From: Escherichia coli
GTDB taxonomy: Bacteria > Pseudomonadota > Gammaproteobacteria > Enterobacterales > Enterobacteriaceae
Assembly (NCBI RefSeq): GCF_003334335.1
Contig: NZ_QOWQ01000007.1
Length of the DNA: 64,000 nt
Direction: 5' to 3' (one strand)
In this document: piece after piece, positions 33,770 through 49,122 of the stretch
Position numbering within the stretch: the first letter of the stretch is position 1
Layout: each line of letters starts with the position of its first letter
Program-made: the position numbers and the translations under genes
The notes under the pieces: generated by a model
What the model was told of the DNA's origin: nothing
Seen by the model: the letters and a program-made list of their open reading frames with translations, nothing else
The model's database searches: none

Positions 33770-34039
33770 CTACCCGATGATATACGGCAGGTTAGTGAAC
33801 AAGGTGCGGACGTAATCCAGCAACAGATTGAGCATCCACGGTCCGGCAATAATAATGGCAATAAATACGGCGATGATTTTTGGAATAAACGACAGCGTCA
33901 TTTCGTTGATCTGCGTGGCGGCCTGCAAAATACTGATGATAAGGCCCGTGACCAGCGCCACCAGCAACAGCGGGGCAGCCAGTGCCAGCGCGACTTTCAT
34001 CGCTTCAGTCCCCATCATCATGACCGATTCAGGTGTCAT
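33770..34039 (-). CDS. fliQ: flagellar export apparatus protein FliQ
   Basis: 89-aa two-TM ORF. Confidence 0.95.
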   Translation of the reverse strand: MTPESVMMMGTEAMKVALALAAPLLLVALVTGLIISILQAATQINEMTLSFIPKIIAVFIAIIIAGPWMLNLLLDYVRTLFTNLPYIIG

Positions 34040-34048
34040 TTTGCCTCT

Positions 34049-34786
34049 CTAGCTGTAAAAGCTCTGCGCCAGCGAACCGACCAGCAATTGCCAGCCATCC
34101 ACCAGTACAAACAGCATCAGTTTAAAGGGCAGAGCAATGGTGGCGGGGGGGACCATCATCATCCCCAATGCCATCAACACGCTGGCAATCACCAGGTCGA
34201 TAATCAAAAAAGGGATGAAAATCGTGAAGCCTATCTGAAATGCGGTTTTCAACTCGCTGGTCACGTAGGCCGGGAGCAAAATGCGCATCGGCACGGCTTC
34301 AGGTCCCTGCAACGGGCCAGTATTCGCCAGTCTGGCAAACAACCCTAAATCCGCCTCACGGGTCTGACGCAGCATAAACTCACGCAGCGGCTGCGCCCCT
34401 TTTTCCAGCGCCTCCTGCATTGATATTTTCTCTTCGCTGAATGGCTGGTACGCATCGACATAAATTTTGTCGATCACCGGCGACATAATAAAAAAGGTCA
34501 AAAACAGCGCCAACCCCAGCAATACCTGGTTAGGTGGCGCGGAGGGTGTTCCCAGCGCGTTACGCAATAAACCAAAAACAATAATGATGCGGGTGAAACT
34601 GGTCATCATCAGTAAAATTGCCGGAATAAACGTCAACGAGGTGATGAACACCAGCGTCTGCACCGGGAGCGACCAGCTTTGTCCACCGCCAGGCAGCGGC
34701 TGGCTGGTGATACCCGGCAGTTGCGCGAAGGCGAGGGGCGTAATCAGCCAGAGAAGGACAGGGGCGACAGACAACAAACGACGCAT
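34049..34786 (-). CDS. fliP: flagellar export apparatus protein FliP
   Basis: 245-aa ORF with signal peptide and TM segments. Confidence 0.95.
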   Translation of the reverse strand: MRRLLSVAPVLLWLITPLAFAQLPGITSQPLPGGGQSWSLPVQTLVFITSLTFIPAILLMMTSFTRIIIVFGLLRNALGTPSAPPNQVLLGLALFLTFFIMSPVIDKIYVDAYQPFSEEKISMQEALEKGAQPLREFMLRQTREADLGLFARLANTGPLQGPEAVPMRILLPAYVTSELKTAFQIGFTIFIPFLIIDLVIASVLMALGMMMVPPATIALPFKLMLFVLVDGWQLLVGSLAQSFYS

Positions 34787-35154
34787 CAGGATCTCCCGCT
34801 ACGCTTAAGCAAGTTTTTCATGACCGACTGAAAATCGGGCTGCGGTATCTCTTCCGTTGGTGCTGAAGGGGGAAGTTTATGCAGCAGATTGATTTGCCCT
34901 GCGGTAACGCCGAGCACCAGCCGTGCATCTTCCACATCGACCACCACAACCCGTTCACGCGCGCCCAGCGAAGCACTGGCGCTAATTTTCAGACCGTTAA
35001 CGCCAGTGCGTTTAGGGACAAATCCCAACCGTTTTACCAGCCAGGCAGCAGCGAGGATCAGGGCAATAATGGCGATGAGTGCGCCGCTCACCTGCAGCAG
35101 TGGCGCAGCAGAAACCGGCGCGGAAGATTGCACAGTAGCGTGGTTATTCATCAC
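34786..35154 (-). CDS. fliO: flagellar protein FliO
   Basis: 122-aa single-TM ORF between fliN and fliP. Confidence 0.9.
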   Translation of the reverse strand: MMNNHATVQSSAPVSAAPLLQVSGALIAIIALILAAAWLVKRLGFVPKRTGVNGLKISASASLGARERVVVVDVEDARLVLGVTAGQINLLHKLPPSAPTEEIPQPDFQSVMKNLLKRSGRS

Positions 35155-35567
35155 TAACGGCTCAGGCGGCGCATTCGCTCAGACGGAGTAATGATATCGG
35201 TGATCCGCACGCCATATTTATCGGCAACGACCACCACTTCGCCCTGGGCAATTAAATAACCGTTGATCAGAATATCCAGTGGTTCGCCCGCCAGACCGTC
35301 CAGCGCCACGACGGACCCTTGCGTCAGACGCAACAGCTCTTTGATGGTCATCCGCGTACGGCCCAGCTCGACGGTCAGCTTGACCGGAATATCCATAATC
35401 AGGTCGATATCCTGCAACGTTCCGCTGACATCACCACCGCCAAATTGCTGGAACACCGCGTCGGCAGCGCTTTTGCTGCTGGTTGATTTTTGTTCGCTCA
35501 AAGCTTCAGCCCACAGATCGTCCATTGCGCCGTTGTTGTCATCGGCCGGATTATTCATGTCACTCAT
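35154..35567 (-). CDS. fliN: flagellar motor switch protein FliN
   Basis: 137-aa ORF recognised as FliN. Confidence 0.95.
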   Translation of the reverse strand: MSDMNNPADDNNGAMDDLWAEALSEQKSTSSKSAADAVFQQFGGGDVSGTLQDIDLIMDIPVKLTVELGRTRMTIKELLRLTQGSVVALDGLAGEPLDILINGYLIAQGEVVVVADKYGVRITDIITPSERMRRLSR

Positions 35568-36568
35568 TTGGGCTGTTCCTCGTTCAGAGAATTTAAAATC
35601 GGGTTAATCAAATGTTCTATCCGTAACGCATACTGACCGTTGAGGGTGCCGTACTGACTGGTCAGTACCGGAACGCCGTCAACATGAGCGATGATGCGAT
35701 CGGGTTTTTCTATCGGCAGGACGTCGCCGGGTTTCAGTTTTAAAATCTGCGACAGGCGTAGCGAGATATCGGCAAAGTTGGCGACCAACTCCAGCTGTGA
35801 ATGCTGCACCTGGCGCACCAGGTTATCGCGCCAGTTCTGATCTTCATTACGCGAGTTTTCCAGCGGCGGGTTAACCAACAATTCCCGTAGCGGCTCAATC
35901 ATGCTGAATGGCAGACAGATATTAAATTCGCCGGTCAGGTTGCCAATCTCCACATGGAACGGCGTGTTAACCACAATGTCGTTCGGCGAGGTGGTGATAT
36001 TGGTAAATTTCACCTGCATTTCCGAACGCACGTACTCAACTTCCAGCGGATTAATCGCCTTCCAGGCGTCGCTATAGCCTTCAAGCGCCAGCTTTAACAT
36101 GCGGTTGATGACGCGCTGTTCGGTATGGGTAAACTCGCGACCTTCCACTTTGGTCGGGAAGCGTCCATCGCCGCCAAACAGGTTATCCACGGCGATAAAC
36201 ACCAGACTCGGTGAAAACACCACCAGCCCTGTGCCGCGCAGCGGTTTCAGATGGATAAGGTTCAGGTTGGTCGGCACCGGCAGGTTGCGGGCAAATTCAT
36301 GGTACGGCTGAATGCGGATGGCCCCGACGGTTATATCCGGGCTACGACGCAGCAGGTTGAACAGCCCCATACGAAAATGGCGGGCAAAGCGCTCATTAAT
36401 GATTTCCAGCGCCTGCAAACGTTCGCGCACAACCCGTCGTTGGGTATTCGGATCGTACGGACGAATGTCACTTTCGCCGCTAACACTGGCTGTCGGTTCG
36501 TCTTTGACTTCGCTGTCACCATTCAACAGCGCATCAATTTCAGCTTGAGAAAGAATACTATCGCCCAT
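35564..36568 (-). CDS. fliM: flagellar motor switch protein FliM
   Basis: ORF track 35564..36670; start trimmed to MGDSILSQAEIDALL (334 aa). Confidence 0.95.
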   Translation of the reverse strand: MGDSILSQAEIDALLNGDSEVKDEPTASVSGESDIRPYDPNTQRRVVRERLQALEIINERFARHFRMGLFNLLRRSPDITVGAIRIQPYHEFARNLPVPTNLNLIHLKPLRGTGLVVFSPSLVFIAVDNLFGGDGRFPTKVEGREFTHTEQRVINRMLKLALEGYSDAWKAINPLEVEYVRSEMQVKFTNITTSPNDIVVNTPFHVEIGNLTGEFNICLPFSMIEPLRELLVNPPLENSRNEDQNWRDNLVRQVQHSQLELVANFADISLRLSQILKLKPGDVLPIEKPDRIIAHVDGVPVLTSQYGTLNGQYALRIEHLINPILNSLNEEQPK

Positions 36569-36572
36569 GTCG

Positions 36573-37037
36573 TTATCGCAGAATAAAAGCGGTATACAGC
36601 ACGTCGGTGACATCCTGTTTCGGTTGCCCGGCAACAAGCGGGGTGGAAAGCGTGGTTTTAATCTCGGCAATCAGGTTTTTCTTGCCTTCTTCTGTCGCCA
36701 GTACGGCAGCATCCTGACGCGAAAACAGTAACAGCAAACGGCTACGGACTTCCGGCAAATACTCACTCAGCCGCGAGCGTGTAGCTTCATCTTTCAGGCG
36801 CAGGGTTATGCCGATATACAGCACGCGATCCGCATCGCCCAGATTGACCGTAAAGGTATCCAGCGCATAGAAGACCGGGGAGGGCACGACGCGTTGCTGC
36901 GCTTTGTCGTCAGCGGCAACCTGATGCGAATGCCAGTAGCTGTAACCTGCGCTGGCACAGGCCGCGAGGGTAATGAATACCAGAATCGGGATCCAAAGCG
37001 ATCGCTTGCTTTTCTTGCTTATCGCGTAATCAGTCAT
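36573..37037 (-). CDS. fliL: flagellar basal-body-associated protein FliL
   Basis: 154-aa single-TM ORF, first gene of fliL operon. Confidence 0.95.
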   Translation of the reverse strand: MTDYAISKKSKRSLWIPILVFITLAACASAGYSYWHSHQVAADDKAQQRVVPSPVFYALDTFTVNLGDADRVLYIGITLRLKDEATRSRLSEYLPEVRSRLLLLFSRQDAAVLATEEGKKNLIAEIKTTLSTPLVAGQPKQDVTDVLYTAFILR

Positions 37038-37141
37038 GTGTTGCGGTCTTCCTGTGTCGCTACTGCTTATCGGCTAATTATCCTGCGTCTTGAGCGCAAC
37101 AAAGCGGGGAAAAGACGCGGATTACGGTGCTACCTCTGACG
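37038..37141 (-). promoter_or_regulatory. fliL operon class-2 (FlhDC-dependent) promoter region
   Basis: Intergenic region immediately upstream of fliL; placement by established operon structure, no motif verified. Confidence 0.4.
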
Positions 37142-38269
37142 TTAGGCGAAAATATCAACGCCGCTGTTGCCTGTTACGCGCCCTTGTAAAGAGACGGGAA
37201 CCGGAAGCGTATCGTCGTCTTCCCCCGCCAGAGGTTCATGGTTTGCTGTGCGTTGGCTTTGCTGTTGCTGGGAAGCGGCCTGCTGCTGACCACTAAAGCT
37301 TTCGCCACTGATGTTGCTTTGCCCTAACTGAATGCCACTTTCGGCCAGCTGCGTTCGCAGTACCGGAAGCGCTGCTTCCAGGGCGGCGCGTACGTGTTGA
37401 TGCGGTGAAACCATCTGGATTTGCGCCTGGTTATCATCCACTTTGAGGGAGATTTGCACTTCACCTAAATCCTGCGGGTGCAGACGCAACTCTGCACTTT
37501 GTTGCCCCTGGCGGGTGAACAGCGAAATATGCTGGCTTAATGATTGTTGCCATTCGTGAGAACCCAGCGGTGCACTCAACACAGGCGCGGCGACGGTGGG
37601 CAGTGGCTGTGTCTGGTGTGGAGTGATTAGCGGGCTGGCGGCAGCGGTCACCGGTGAAGGTGTGCTGATGACTTCCGCTTTACTCTGGGCTTCTGCTACC
37701 AGCGGTGTTAATGGCTGAGCTGGCGTGCCGGGGGCATCATCAGGCTGTGCTGTTGTGAGTTGCGCAGAAGTCAGTTTTGTGAAGAGCGTTGGTTTCTCTG
37801 CCGGTAACACGGTTGACGGCACATCAGTCACTTTGGGCGTATTGTCAAAACCCGGCAACATCGCAAAAAGGGCGCTCAGGCTTGCGGTGACGTCTTCATT
37901 CAGATCATCCGCTTTTTCGTCTTTTGCCGTATTGTTGCCAGCCACCGCAGCCAACGTCATCGTTTGAGCGGTGGTTAATGGTGTTGATGTGGATTGTTCG
38001 TCGTTGATGACAGGCGGTGTTTCATCCACAGGGATCAGTAAATCCGCTTGTTGCGCATCGGCAAGAATCTCGCTGACCAGCGGCTCGCCTTTTGTCGTGG
38101 GCTTATCTGTTGCCACCAGCAACTGGGGGGCCGCTTTGTCGGTAGTTGTCTCGCCTGCTAATGCTTCGCTCAACAACGCGAGAAAATCTTGTGCAGCATC
38201 GCTGGCTTTGCCGCCAGGCAATGTGGTGGTGTCAACGTCGGCGGTAATTAAGGGCGCTAAGCGAATCAT
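37142..38269 (-). CDS. fliK: flagellar hook-length control protein FliK
   Basis: 375-aa Pro/Gln-rich ORF. Confidence 0.95.
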   Translation of the reverse strand: MIRLAPLITADVDTTTLPGGKASDAAQDFLALLSEALAGETTTDKAAPQLLVATDKPTTKGEPLVSEILADAQQADLLIPVDETPPVINDEQSTSTPLTTAQTMTLAAVAGNNTAKDEKADDLNEDVTASLSALFAMLPGFDNTPKVTDVPSTVLPAEKPTLFTKLTSAQLTTAQPDDAPGTPAQPLTPLVAEAQSKAEVISTPSPVTAAASPLITPHQTQPLPTVAAPVLSAPLGSHEWQQSLSQHISLFTRQGQQSAELRLHPQDLGEVQISLKVDDNQAQIQMVSPHQHVRAALEAALPVLRTQLAESGIQLGQSNISGESFSGQQQAASQQQQSQRTANHEPLAGEDDDTLPVPVSLQGRVTGNSGVDIFA

Positions 38270-38709
38270 TCAGGTTTCCTCATGGCGGCGCGCTGGGCGA
38301 ACTCATCCATCTTTTTCTGATCGAGGCGGTTTTCTGCAAGCAGTGCCGCCGTGGATTGCCGTTCCTGCAGTGTCTGCCAGGCCTGCAAACGTTGTTTCTT
38401 TTCTCGCCAGCTGTTCAGGGCAATGTCAACTTTCTGCGTCCACTGATTAAGTTGCTGGCGATGCTGAGTAATGGCTTTTTCCAGCGTCTGGATAAACTGC
38501 TGATAGTTGATCCAGCGGTTGCTGGTCATCCCGGCACTCATATCGCTGTTGAGGTTATTGCGATATTCATTCTGATAATCGATCAGCATTTTGAGCTGTT
38601 CTTCCGCCTGCTGACACCCGCGACGCATTTCACCCAGCAGGCGCGCGGCATCCTCTACCTCTTTTTCTGCCAGATCTTTCAGGGTCGCCAGCGCGCCATG
38701 TTCTGCCAT
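38266..38709 (-). CDS. fliJ: flagellar export chaperone FliJ
   Basis: 147-aa coiled-coil ORF. Confidence 0.95.
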   Translation of the reverse strand: MAEHGALATLKDLAEKEVEDAARLLGEMRRGCQQAEEQLKMLIDYQNEYRNNLNSDMSAGMTSNRWINYQQFIQTLEKAITQHRQQLNQWTQKVDIALNSWREKKQRLQAWQTLQERQSTAALLAENRLDQKKMDEFAQRAAMRKPE

Positions 38710-38727
38710 CTGCCGTTATCTCCTGGG

Positions 38728-40100
38728 TTATGACACTGTCGGGAAAATACGCTCCAGCCCCTGGAGAGACGCTTCCCAGTCCGCGCGTTCAAAAATGCCT
38801 TGTTGCAAATAGCCCTCCAGCTGCGGCCACAGGGCGATGGCTTTGTCGAGCATCGGATCGCTGCCTTTGGCATACGCGCCGACGCTAACCAGATCGCGGT
38901 TACGCTGAAAACTCGACAACAGCTGTTTGAAGGTGCGCACTCGCGCGTAATGTTGCTCACTGATCAACGCCGTCATTGCGCGGCTGATCGACGCTTCAAT
39001 ATCGATAGCCGGATAGTGCCCGGCTTCCGCCAGTCGGCGAGACAGCACAATGTGACCGTCGAGGATTGCCCGCGCAGAGTCGGCAATGGGGTCCTGCTGG
39101 TCATCGCCTTCAGTGAGCACGGTATAAAATGCAGTAATCGATCCGCCGCCGCTAATGCCATTTCCGGCACGCTCGACCAGTGCCGGTAATTTGGCAAACA
39201 CCGACGGTGGATAACCTTTAGTGGCAGGTGGTTCGCCAATCGCCAGCGCAATTTCACGCTGGGCCATCGCGTAGCGGGTGAGGGAGTCCATAATCAGCAA
39301 CACATGCTGACCACGATCGCGAAAATCTTCGGCAATTCGCGTGGCATAGGCGGCACCTTGCATTCGCAGAAGCGGAGAGACATCCGCCGGAGCGGCAATC
39401 ACCACGGAGCGTGCACGTCCCTCGGCACCGAGGATATTCTCAATAAAATCTTTTACTTCGCGCCCACGTTCACCAATCAAACCCACGACAATGACATCGG
39501 CGCGGGTGTAACGGGCCATCATCCCCAGCAGCACACTTTTACCAACGCCAGACCCGGCAAACAGCCCCATACGCTGCCCACGCCCAACGGTAAGCAGGGC
39601 ATTGATTGGGCGCACGCCGGTGTCCAGCACATGTTCAATCGGTGTACGTTGCAACGGGTTAAATGGCGGGGTAATCAGCGCACCGGTTTCCGTCGTATCG
39701 GGGGAGGGCAGGCCATCGAGCGGCTTACCGCTGCCGTCCAGAACGCGACCTAATAACGCCGGACCGAGCGGCAACTGCTTGCCGCTTTGCAGTCCTTCAG
39801 CCGAAATGTTTTTGGCATAAACCCGCGCGCCGGGCAGGACACCTTCGACTTCCTCCAGCGGCATTAAAAACAGCCGTTGACCGTTAAAGCCAACGACTTC
39901 GCTTTCTACTTCGTGCGTTTCAGTGCCGTTCTGGCGTTCAATGACACAGGTTGCGCCGAGCGGCAATTGTAATCCGGTGGCTTCCAGCACCAGCCCGGTA
40001 GCGCGGGTTAATCGCCCATAGCGACGTACCGCAGGCAACTGCGCCATTTTGGCTTCAAAGTTATCCAGCGTGGTTAGCCAGCGAGTCAGGCGCGTGGTCA

Positions 40101-40101
<1 letters not shown>
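38728..40101 (-). CDS. fliI: flagellum-specific ATPase FliI
   Basis: 457-aa ORF with Walker A GSGVGKS. Confidence 0.95.
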
Positions 40102-43426
<3,325 letters not shown>

Positions 43427-43640
43427 CGCGCACCTCGTGGCTGATTATGGACGGCGTTATTGGCAAAGTGGAACAAGACTCACTCCCGGGTCAGCAAACT
43501 CGAAAAATTGACGCTGCCATTATTTGTGCTTTCGTTTTTTTCTATCCGCCAATAAACCCGTTTTTTTGTTGCTATTTAGCGCCTTTGTCTTATTGACTTA
43601 CTGGTAGGCTTTGCTACCAGAAATTATCCAGGAGACGAAA
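43427..43640. promoter_or_regulatory. divergent fliF / fliE class-2 promoter region
   Basis: Intergenic region between divergently transcribed fliF and fliE; no motif verified. Confidence 0.4.
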
Positions 43641-43955
43641 ATGTCAGCGATACAGGGGATTGAAGGGGTTATCAGCCAGTTACAGGCTACGGCGATGAGT
43701 GCGCGTGCGCAGGATTCACTGCCGCAACCGACCATTAGTTTTGCCGGGCAGCTGCACGCCGCGCTCGATCGCATTAGCGATACACAAACAGCTGCCCGCA
43801 CGCAGGCAGAAAAATTCACCCTCGGTGAACCCGGCGTGGCGTTAAACGATGTGATGACCGATATGCAAAAAGCCTCAGTTTCTATGCAAATGGGGATTCA
43901 GGTGCGTAATAAGCTGGTGGCGGCGTATCAGGAAGTGATGTCCATGCAGGTGTAG
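43641..43955 (+). CDS. fliE: flagellar hook-basal body protein FliE
   Basis: ORF track 43611..43955; start trimmed to [10 protein letters not shown] (104 aa). Confidence 0.9.
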
Positions 43956-44347
43956 GTTTTGTAACCTGTTGTTAATTACATCCCATCTGCCCGCGTGGGG
44001 CATGGATGGGGCAAACTCACCCTATTTCTGGTTTAAAATGGATACCTGATCCTGAAAGTTTTCTGCCATCCACGATCCGTATACGCGATAAACCCTCTGA
44101 TCATCAGAGGCCTCATTTGATACACATCACCACGTCGGATGTTGTTACGACCGCAGACGCAACAGTAACGTTTGAATAATTTAATCTTTGTTGATGTTTT
44201 TATTCATATTCCGGGCTAGGGAAATAATCAGGCGTAATTGTGTCACTGGAATAGAGGTTTCTTGTGGCGCATGTGGAAGGAGCGTCTACTTTGTCTAATA
44301 GAGATTTCTTATGACGCAGTATTATTGATCAATAGTCTCCTGGCTTA

Positions 44348-45016
44348 TCAAACCGGTTGAATTAACTCCGCTCCCTGGTTTTTGATATTACCCACCGCGC
44401 GCGATACCGGGTGCCAGGAGAACTGGTTTGCTGGCACACAGCCACTGGCCGCGATTTCTGAGGCTTCTTTACCGCCAATGTCTTGCCGCATCCATTCCCG
44501 CGCAGCTTCTGGCGACAGTACCAGTGGGCGGCGGTCATGAATGTCTACCAGACCCTGGTCTGCTGCAGCAGTGACAATTAAAAATCCTTCGGCTTCGTCA
44601 CCGCGCTCAAACGGTGTGCTACCTATCGCGGCCATAAAAACAGGTTGTCCATCAGCGCGATAGATAAAATAAGGCTGTTTTTTGTCGCCTTCTTTTTTCC
44701 ACTCAAACCAGCCATCGGCAAAACAGATTGCCCGACCATGTTGCCAGAGCGGTTTAAACATGCGACTGGTGGCCGCAGTTTCTACGCGGGCGTTAATCAG
44801 CGGCGGTTTATCCCACCATCCGGGAGCATATCCCCAGAAAACCGGATCCAGATGAAGGTGTTCATCACGTTCACTGAGCAGAAGAACTTTGGTTCCCGGC
44901 GCGACGTTGTATCTGCCAATGGGTTCGGGATCGTAGGGAATATCGCGTTCAATATCTTCCGCGAGAAGCGCAAGGTAATCTTCACGCGTTTGGGATTGGG
45001 CAAAGCGTCCACACAT
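44348..45016 (-). CDS. yedK: SOS-response-associated peptidase (abasic-site DNA-protein crosslink protein)
   Basis: 222-aa ORF beginning MCGRF (catalytic Cys2). Confidence 0.9.
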   Translation of the reverse strand: MCGRFAQSQTREDYLALLAEDIERDIPYDPEPIGRYNVAPGTKVLLLSERDEHLHLDPVFWGYAPGWWDKPPLINARVETAATSRMFKPLWQHGRAICFADGWFEWKKEGDKKQPYFIYRADGQPVFMAAIGSTPFERGDEAEGFLIVTAAADQGLVDIHDRRPLVLSPEAAREWMRQDIGGKEASEIAASGCVPANQFSWHPVSRAVGNIKNQGAELIQPV

Positions 45017-45122
45017 AGAAACCTCCTGAGATCATACTGAAAAGAATAGGAGAGGGGGCGGGTAAAATCTATGTGTCAGAGGCAACGATGTTCCCGCTGT
45101 GGGCCACAGCGGGAATGAGGGA

Positions 45123-45356
45123 TTACTTCTGAATTAAATAACGAATGGTCGGCCCGTCTTGCTGAATATCCAGCACCGTATAGCCGTGATTACGCGCATC
45201 CAGTGGAATATTATTGATCGACTGTGGACAGTCGCTCACCACTTCCAGGATTTCCCCTTTTTTTAACTGCGGCATCGCCTCAAGAGTTGCGACTGCCGGA
45301 TAAGGGCAGGGTTCACCCACCATATCAAGGCGGTAATCAGGAACGATATTTTTCAT
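45123..45356 (-). CDS. yedF: TusA-like sulfur-carrier protein
   Basis: 77-aa ORF with CPYP motif (GEPCPYPAV). Confidence 0.9.
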   Translation of the reverse strand: MKNIVPDYRLDMVGEPCPYPAVATLEAMPQLKKGEILEVVSDCPQSINNIPLDARNHGYTVLDIQQDGPTIRYLIQK

Positions 45357-46558
45357 GCGATCTCCTTAGCAGTCTGCGGTGCCGCACGGCGGAAGAAGCG
45401 TTTTTCCCAGCCGATAATCAACATCAGCGCAGTAAACAACAGCAAATATGTCACCAGCAGGCCACCCATCGGGCCAAAGGTTTTCAGCAGGTTGATTTTG
45501 TCCCAGTCGGTGGCCAGCGCCGGAGCGAAATCATCCCAGTAATACGCCAGAATCGTTGAGCCGATCACGTTGCCCAGACCGACCCACCAGTAGTGCACCT
45601 GGCCTTCTACCGCGCGGTACATCCAGCCGGTTTCGCAGCCGCCTGCCAGCACGATGCCAAAACCAAACAGTAAACCACCAATTACCGCGTTTGGTCCCGC
45701 CCACATGATTTTGGGTTCAACGCCTAACTGTACGTAACTGAAGATCCCGATGGCACTCACCGCCATACCAATAATGATTGCTTTCGCCATATGGGTACGT
45801 CCGGTGATCCACATATCGCGGAACGCTGAAGTAAAGCAGATTTGCGCACGTTCAATCAGTAAACCAAAGCCGACGCCAAACAGCATTGCCAGCCCCAGTT
45901 TGGGTTGGTTCATCGCCGTGAGCAGCGCCCAGCCCAGCATGCCGAAAAAGACCAGCATCCCGAGACGAAAACGACGCCGCGCCTGATCCGGTTTTTGCGT
46001 CAGCGGTGAGGCGGCAGAAACTTTCTGCATTTTCACGGGAATACGGAAGATGGGCAGCAGGGTAAAGCGCGCGCCAAACCATGAACCAATGGCAGTGGCG
46101 ATGGCAAAGAACCAGGCATGCAGCGAGAACTGAGGAATGCCGGTAAAGAACGCCGCCAGGTTACAGCCCATTGCTAGACGCGCGCCAAAACCGGCGATAA
46201 TGCCGCCAATAATGGCCTGCATAATGCGGATACGGCTGCGCGGCATGCGTAGTTTGACATTGTTGGCCCACAGTGCTGCGGCAAAGCAGCCGCCAAACAT
46301 GCCGAGGATCATCATCCCGTCGATGCGGGTTAATGGCGATCCTTCCAGATGGATAATTTTAAAATAACCCCACTCTTCAGCATGGACGCCAAACAGCTGC
46401 AGGAGCTGACCGCCCCAACGGGTAAATTCACCCGTGACAGCCCAAAAGGTGCCAGTAATGCCAAAATAGTAAGTGGAGAGAATACCCGCCGCGATGACCG
46501 CAGGGATGGGTGCCCAGAATTTAATCAACCAGGCGTGTTTGAATTGCTGCCATGACAT
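45353..46558 (-). CDS. yedE: YeeE/YedE-family membrane transporter (thiosulfate/selenium-related)
   Basis: 401-aa multi-TM ORF overlapping yedF start. Confidence 0.85.
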   Translation of the reverse strand: MSWQQFKHAWLIKFWAPIPAVIAAGILSTYYFGITGTFWAVTGEFTRWGGQLLQLFGVHAEEWGYFKIIHLEGSPLTRIDGMMILGMFGGCFAAALWANNVKLRMPRSRIRIMQAIIGGIIAGFGARLAMGCNLAAFFTGIPQFSLHAWFFAIATAIGSWFGARFTLLPIFRIPVKMQKVSAASPLTQKPDQARRRFRLGMLVFFGMLGWALLTAMNQPKLGLAMLFGVGFGLLIERAQICFTSAFRDMWITGRTHMAKAIIIGMAVSAIGIFSYVQLGVEPKIMWAGPNAVIGGLLFGFGIVLAGGCETGWMYRAVEGQVHYWWVGLGNVIGSTILAYYWDDFAPALATDWDKINLLKTFGPMGGLLVTYLLLFTALMLIIGWEKRFFRRAAPQTAKEIA

Positions 46559-46744
46559 GAATGTAGCCTCTGAACTCAGAAGGTTTGAAACAAGAATCGC
46601 GAATCATACATCATGCAAATTTATTTTCGGGGTAATAATTCACAAAAATAATAGTTAGATCAAATTTCTCTCTGAACCTTGAAAGGCTGGCGACATCAGG
46701 GCTTTAATGCCACAATCCTCTTTTCTTCTCATGCAGGACGAATG

Positions 46745-47158
46745 ATGAAAAAACTCGCAATTGCAGGCGCGCTCATGTTGCTGGCGGGCTGTGCCGAAGT
46801 CGAAAACTATAACAATGTCGTGAAAACCCCCGCGCCGGACTGGCTGGCGGGCTACTGGCAGACCAAAGGGCCGCAACGTGCGCTGGTCAGCCCGGAAGCG
46901 ATAGGCAGCCTGATTGTCACTAAAGAGGGCGATACCCTGGATTGCCGTCAGTGGCAGCGGGTGATTGCCGTGCCGGGTAAGTTGACATTGATGTCTGATG
47001 ATCTCACTAACGTTACCGTAAAACGTGAGCTGTACGAGGTTGAGCGTGACGGTAACACCATTGAGTACGATGGTATGACGATGGAGCGTGTGGATCGCCC
47101 GACGGCAGAGTGTGCCGCCGCGCTGGATAAAGCGCCGTTACCGACGCCACTGCCGTAA
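46745..47158 (+). CDS. yedD: lipoprotein YedD
   Basis: ORF track 46679..47158; start trimmed to MKKLAIAGALMLLAGC (lipobox LAGC). Confidence 0.8.
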   Translation: MKKLAIAGALMLLAGCAEVENYNNVVKTPAPDWLAGYWQTKGPQRALVSPEAIGSLIVTKEGDTLDCRQWQRVIAVPGKLTLMSDDLTNVTVKRELYEVERDGNTIEYDGMTMERVDRPTAECAAALDKAPLPTPLP

Positions 47159-47191
47159 TGAAATCTCCCCGGCTTGCCGCCGGGGATGAAT

Positions 47192-48679
47192 TTAAATCAC
47201 CTCTTCGATAACCCACACGCTGACGCTGCCGCCGTTGCAAAAGAAGGTCGCTTCACCGTTTTCGTCGGTTACTACGCTCTCTTGCCGGTTCCCCAGAAAA
47301 TCACGCCAGGTTTTATTGCCGTAATTCTCTCCCAGATTAATGGTTTTTTCGCCATCATCCCCGTTCGACATGACCACCACGCAGCCGGGATATTCGTCAG
47401 TGCCACTGCGGCTAAAGGCAATGCAGTTCGGATGGTCGAAAAATAATGTCTGTACACCGTGGGCGAAACGCTGACGGGCGAGAATTAACTCATCAAGCTG
47501 TTCGATTATTGGCATATCTATCGGATAGGTTTGCCCGTCACCGCCGACATCTTCGTAATGCGCACCGTAGAGGTCCGGATAGAATACCGAAGGAACGCCA
47601 TTTTCCCGCAACAAAATTAAGGCATATGCCAGCGGTTTAAACCACGGTTCGACCGGCGCTTCGAGGGCTTGCAACGGTTGGGTGTCGTGATTGGCAACGA
47701 GCGTCACGGCGTGGAAAGGATCGGCTTCCACTAATGTACCCGTGAAAATCTGCGTCATGTCGTAGTCACGCCCCATGCGCGATGCTTCATGGAATTTCAT
47801 CTGCAGCGGCGCATCGAACAGCATGGTTTTGCCTTCCACCTGATCAATATACGTTTGCAGTTTATCGACTTCATGCGACCAGTACTCCGCCACAATAAAC
47901 AGCGGCTTTGGCGCAACTTCCTGTACGTGTTCGATCCACTCTTTATAAAACCACGCCGGAATATGTTTGACCGCATCAAGACGAAAACCGTCGCATTGCG
48001 TTTGTTCCATCACCCAGCGCGCCCAGTATTTAATCTCTTCCGTCACGGCATGATTGCGAAAATCGATATTCTCGCCCATCAGATAATCGAAATTACCTAA
48101 TTCATCATCAACCTGATCGTTCCAGCCTTCGCCGGTGTAGTCGTTAACAATTTTAAATATGCCATCTTCATCAGGGTTTTCGATATGGTCGATACCGCTA
48201 AAACATTTGAAATCCCAGATAAACTGTGAGTATTGCCCGGCACGGGCGGGGAAGGTGTAACGCGTCCAGCCTTCGCACTCAATGATTTCTTCATCAATTT
48301 GCGTACGGTCGTCAGCATTTACACGCTGCACGCGAATAGCTTCTTTTTCATCCGCGCCCATTTTGTGGTTGACTACCACGTCCAACAGCACCGCAATGTC
48401 ATTACGTTTCAGGGCGTCAATGGCGGCCAGCAGTTGTGCTTTATCGCCATATTTAGTAGGGATGCTGCCTTTCTGATCAAACTCACCTAAATCAAATAAA
48501 TCATAGGAGTCGTAGCCGACCGAATACCCGCCCGATGCGCCTTTATAGGCGGGCGGCAACCAGACCATATTGATACCAATATCATTAAAACCGTCGGCGC
48601 GCTCGGCCAGTTCAGGCCAGAGCTTACCGCCTTCCGGGTAATACCAGTGAAAACATTGTAACAGCGTGGGATTACGCAT
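47192..48679 (-). CDS. amyA: cytoplasmic alpha-amylase
   Basis: 495-aa GH13 ORF, no signal peptide. Confidence 0.9.
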   Translation of the reverse strand: MRNPTLLQCFHWYYPEGGKLWPELAERADGFNDIGINMVWLPPAYKGASGGYSVGYDSYDLFDLGEFDQKGSIPTKYGDKAQLLAAIDALKRNDIAVLLDVVVNHKMGADEKEAIRVQRVNADDRTQIDEEIIECEGWTRYTFPARAGQYSQFIWDFKCFSGIDHIENPDEDGIFKIVNDYTGEGWNDQVDDELGNFDYLMGENIDFRNHAVTEEIKYWARWVMEQTQCDGFRLDAVKHIPAWFYKEWIEHVQEVAPKPLFIVAEYWSHEVDKLQTYIDQVEGKTMLFDAPLQMKFHEASRMGRDYDMTQIFTGTLVEADPFHAVTLVANHDTQPLQALEAPVEPWFKPLAYALILLRENGVPSVFYPDLYGAHYEDVGGDGQTYPIDMPIIEQLDELILARQRFAHGVQTLFFDHPNCIAFSRSGTDEYPGCVVVMSNGDDGEKTINLGENYGNKTWRDFLGNRQESVVTDENGEATFFCNGGSVSVWVIEEVI

Positions 48680-48756
48680 TCTTCGACTCCATTCAAGGGG
48701 AACATTAGAAGCGTAGCCGTAATCGGATTATTCGCGAGCCATCGACTCGTTCAGAT

Positions 48757-49122
48757 TCAAAAGAGGTTATCCTGCGGAGCCAGCACAAAGCCGCCCTGAT
48801 CGCCATAGGCACTTAACACCGATTTTTGCACCGATGACTGACCGACCAGTTTCGCCAGTTCATCCATCCGAATCTGTAATAACTGCTTTACCTTGCTTTC
48901 GTTGTCGAGAATCAGGCGCAGCATCGGGCGGAGCTGCTCCTGCATCGTGGTGGACGGGTCAATCTCTTCAGTCAGATGTGCAATCTCCTGCACCGCATTC
49001 ACATACGCCATCTCGCTGGCGATGAGTTCGTCCCATTGTTCTTCTGTTGCCAGGCGTAACATGAGCTGGCTTTTTTCGACGAGTTGTTGCCAGGCGAAAT
49101 ACAAATGCGGTGCGTGGTTCAT
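48757..49122 (-). CDS. fliT: flagellar export chaperone / anti-FlhDC factor FliT
   Basis: 121-aa ORF, last gene of fliDST. Confidence 0.9.
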   Translation of the reverse strand: MNHAPHLYFAWQQLVEKSQLMLRLATEEQWDELIASEMAYVNAVQEIAHLTEEIDPSTTMQEQLRPMLRLILDNESKVKQLLQIRMDELAKLVGQSSVQKSVLSAYGDQGGFVLAPQDNLF

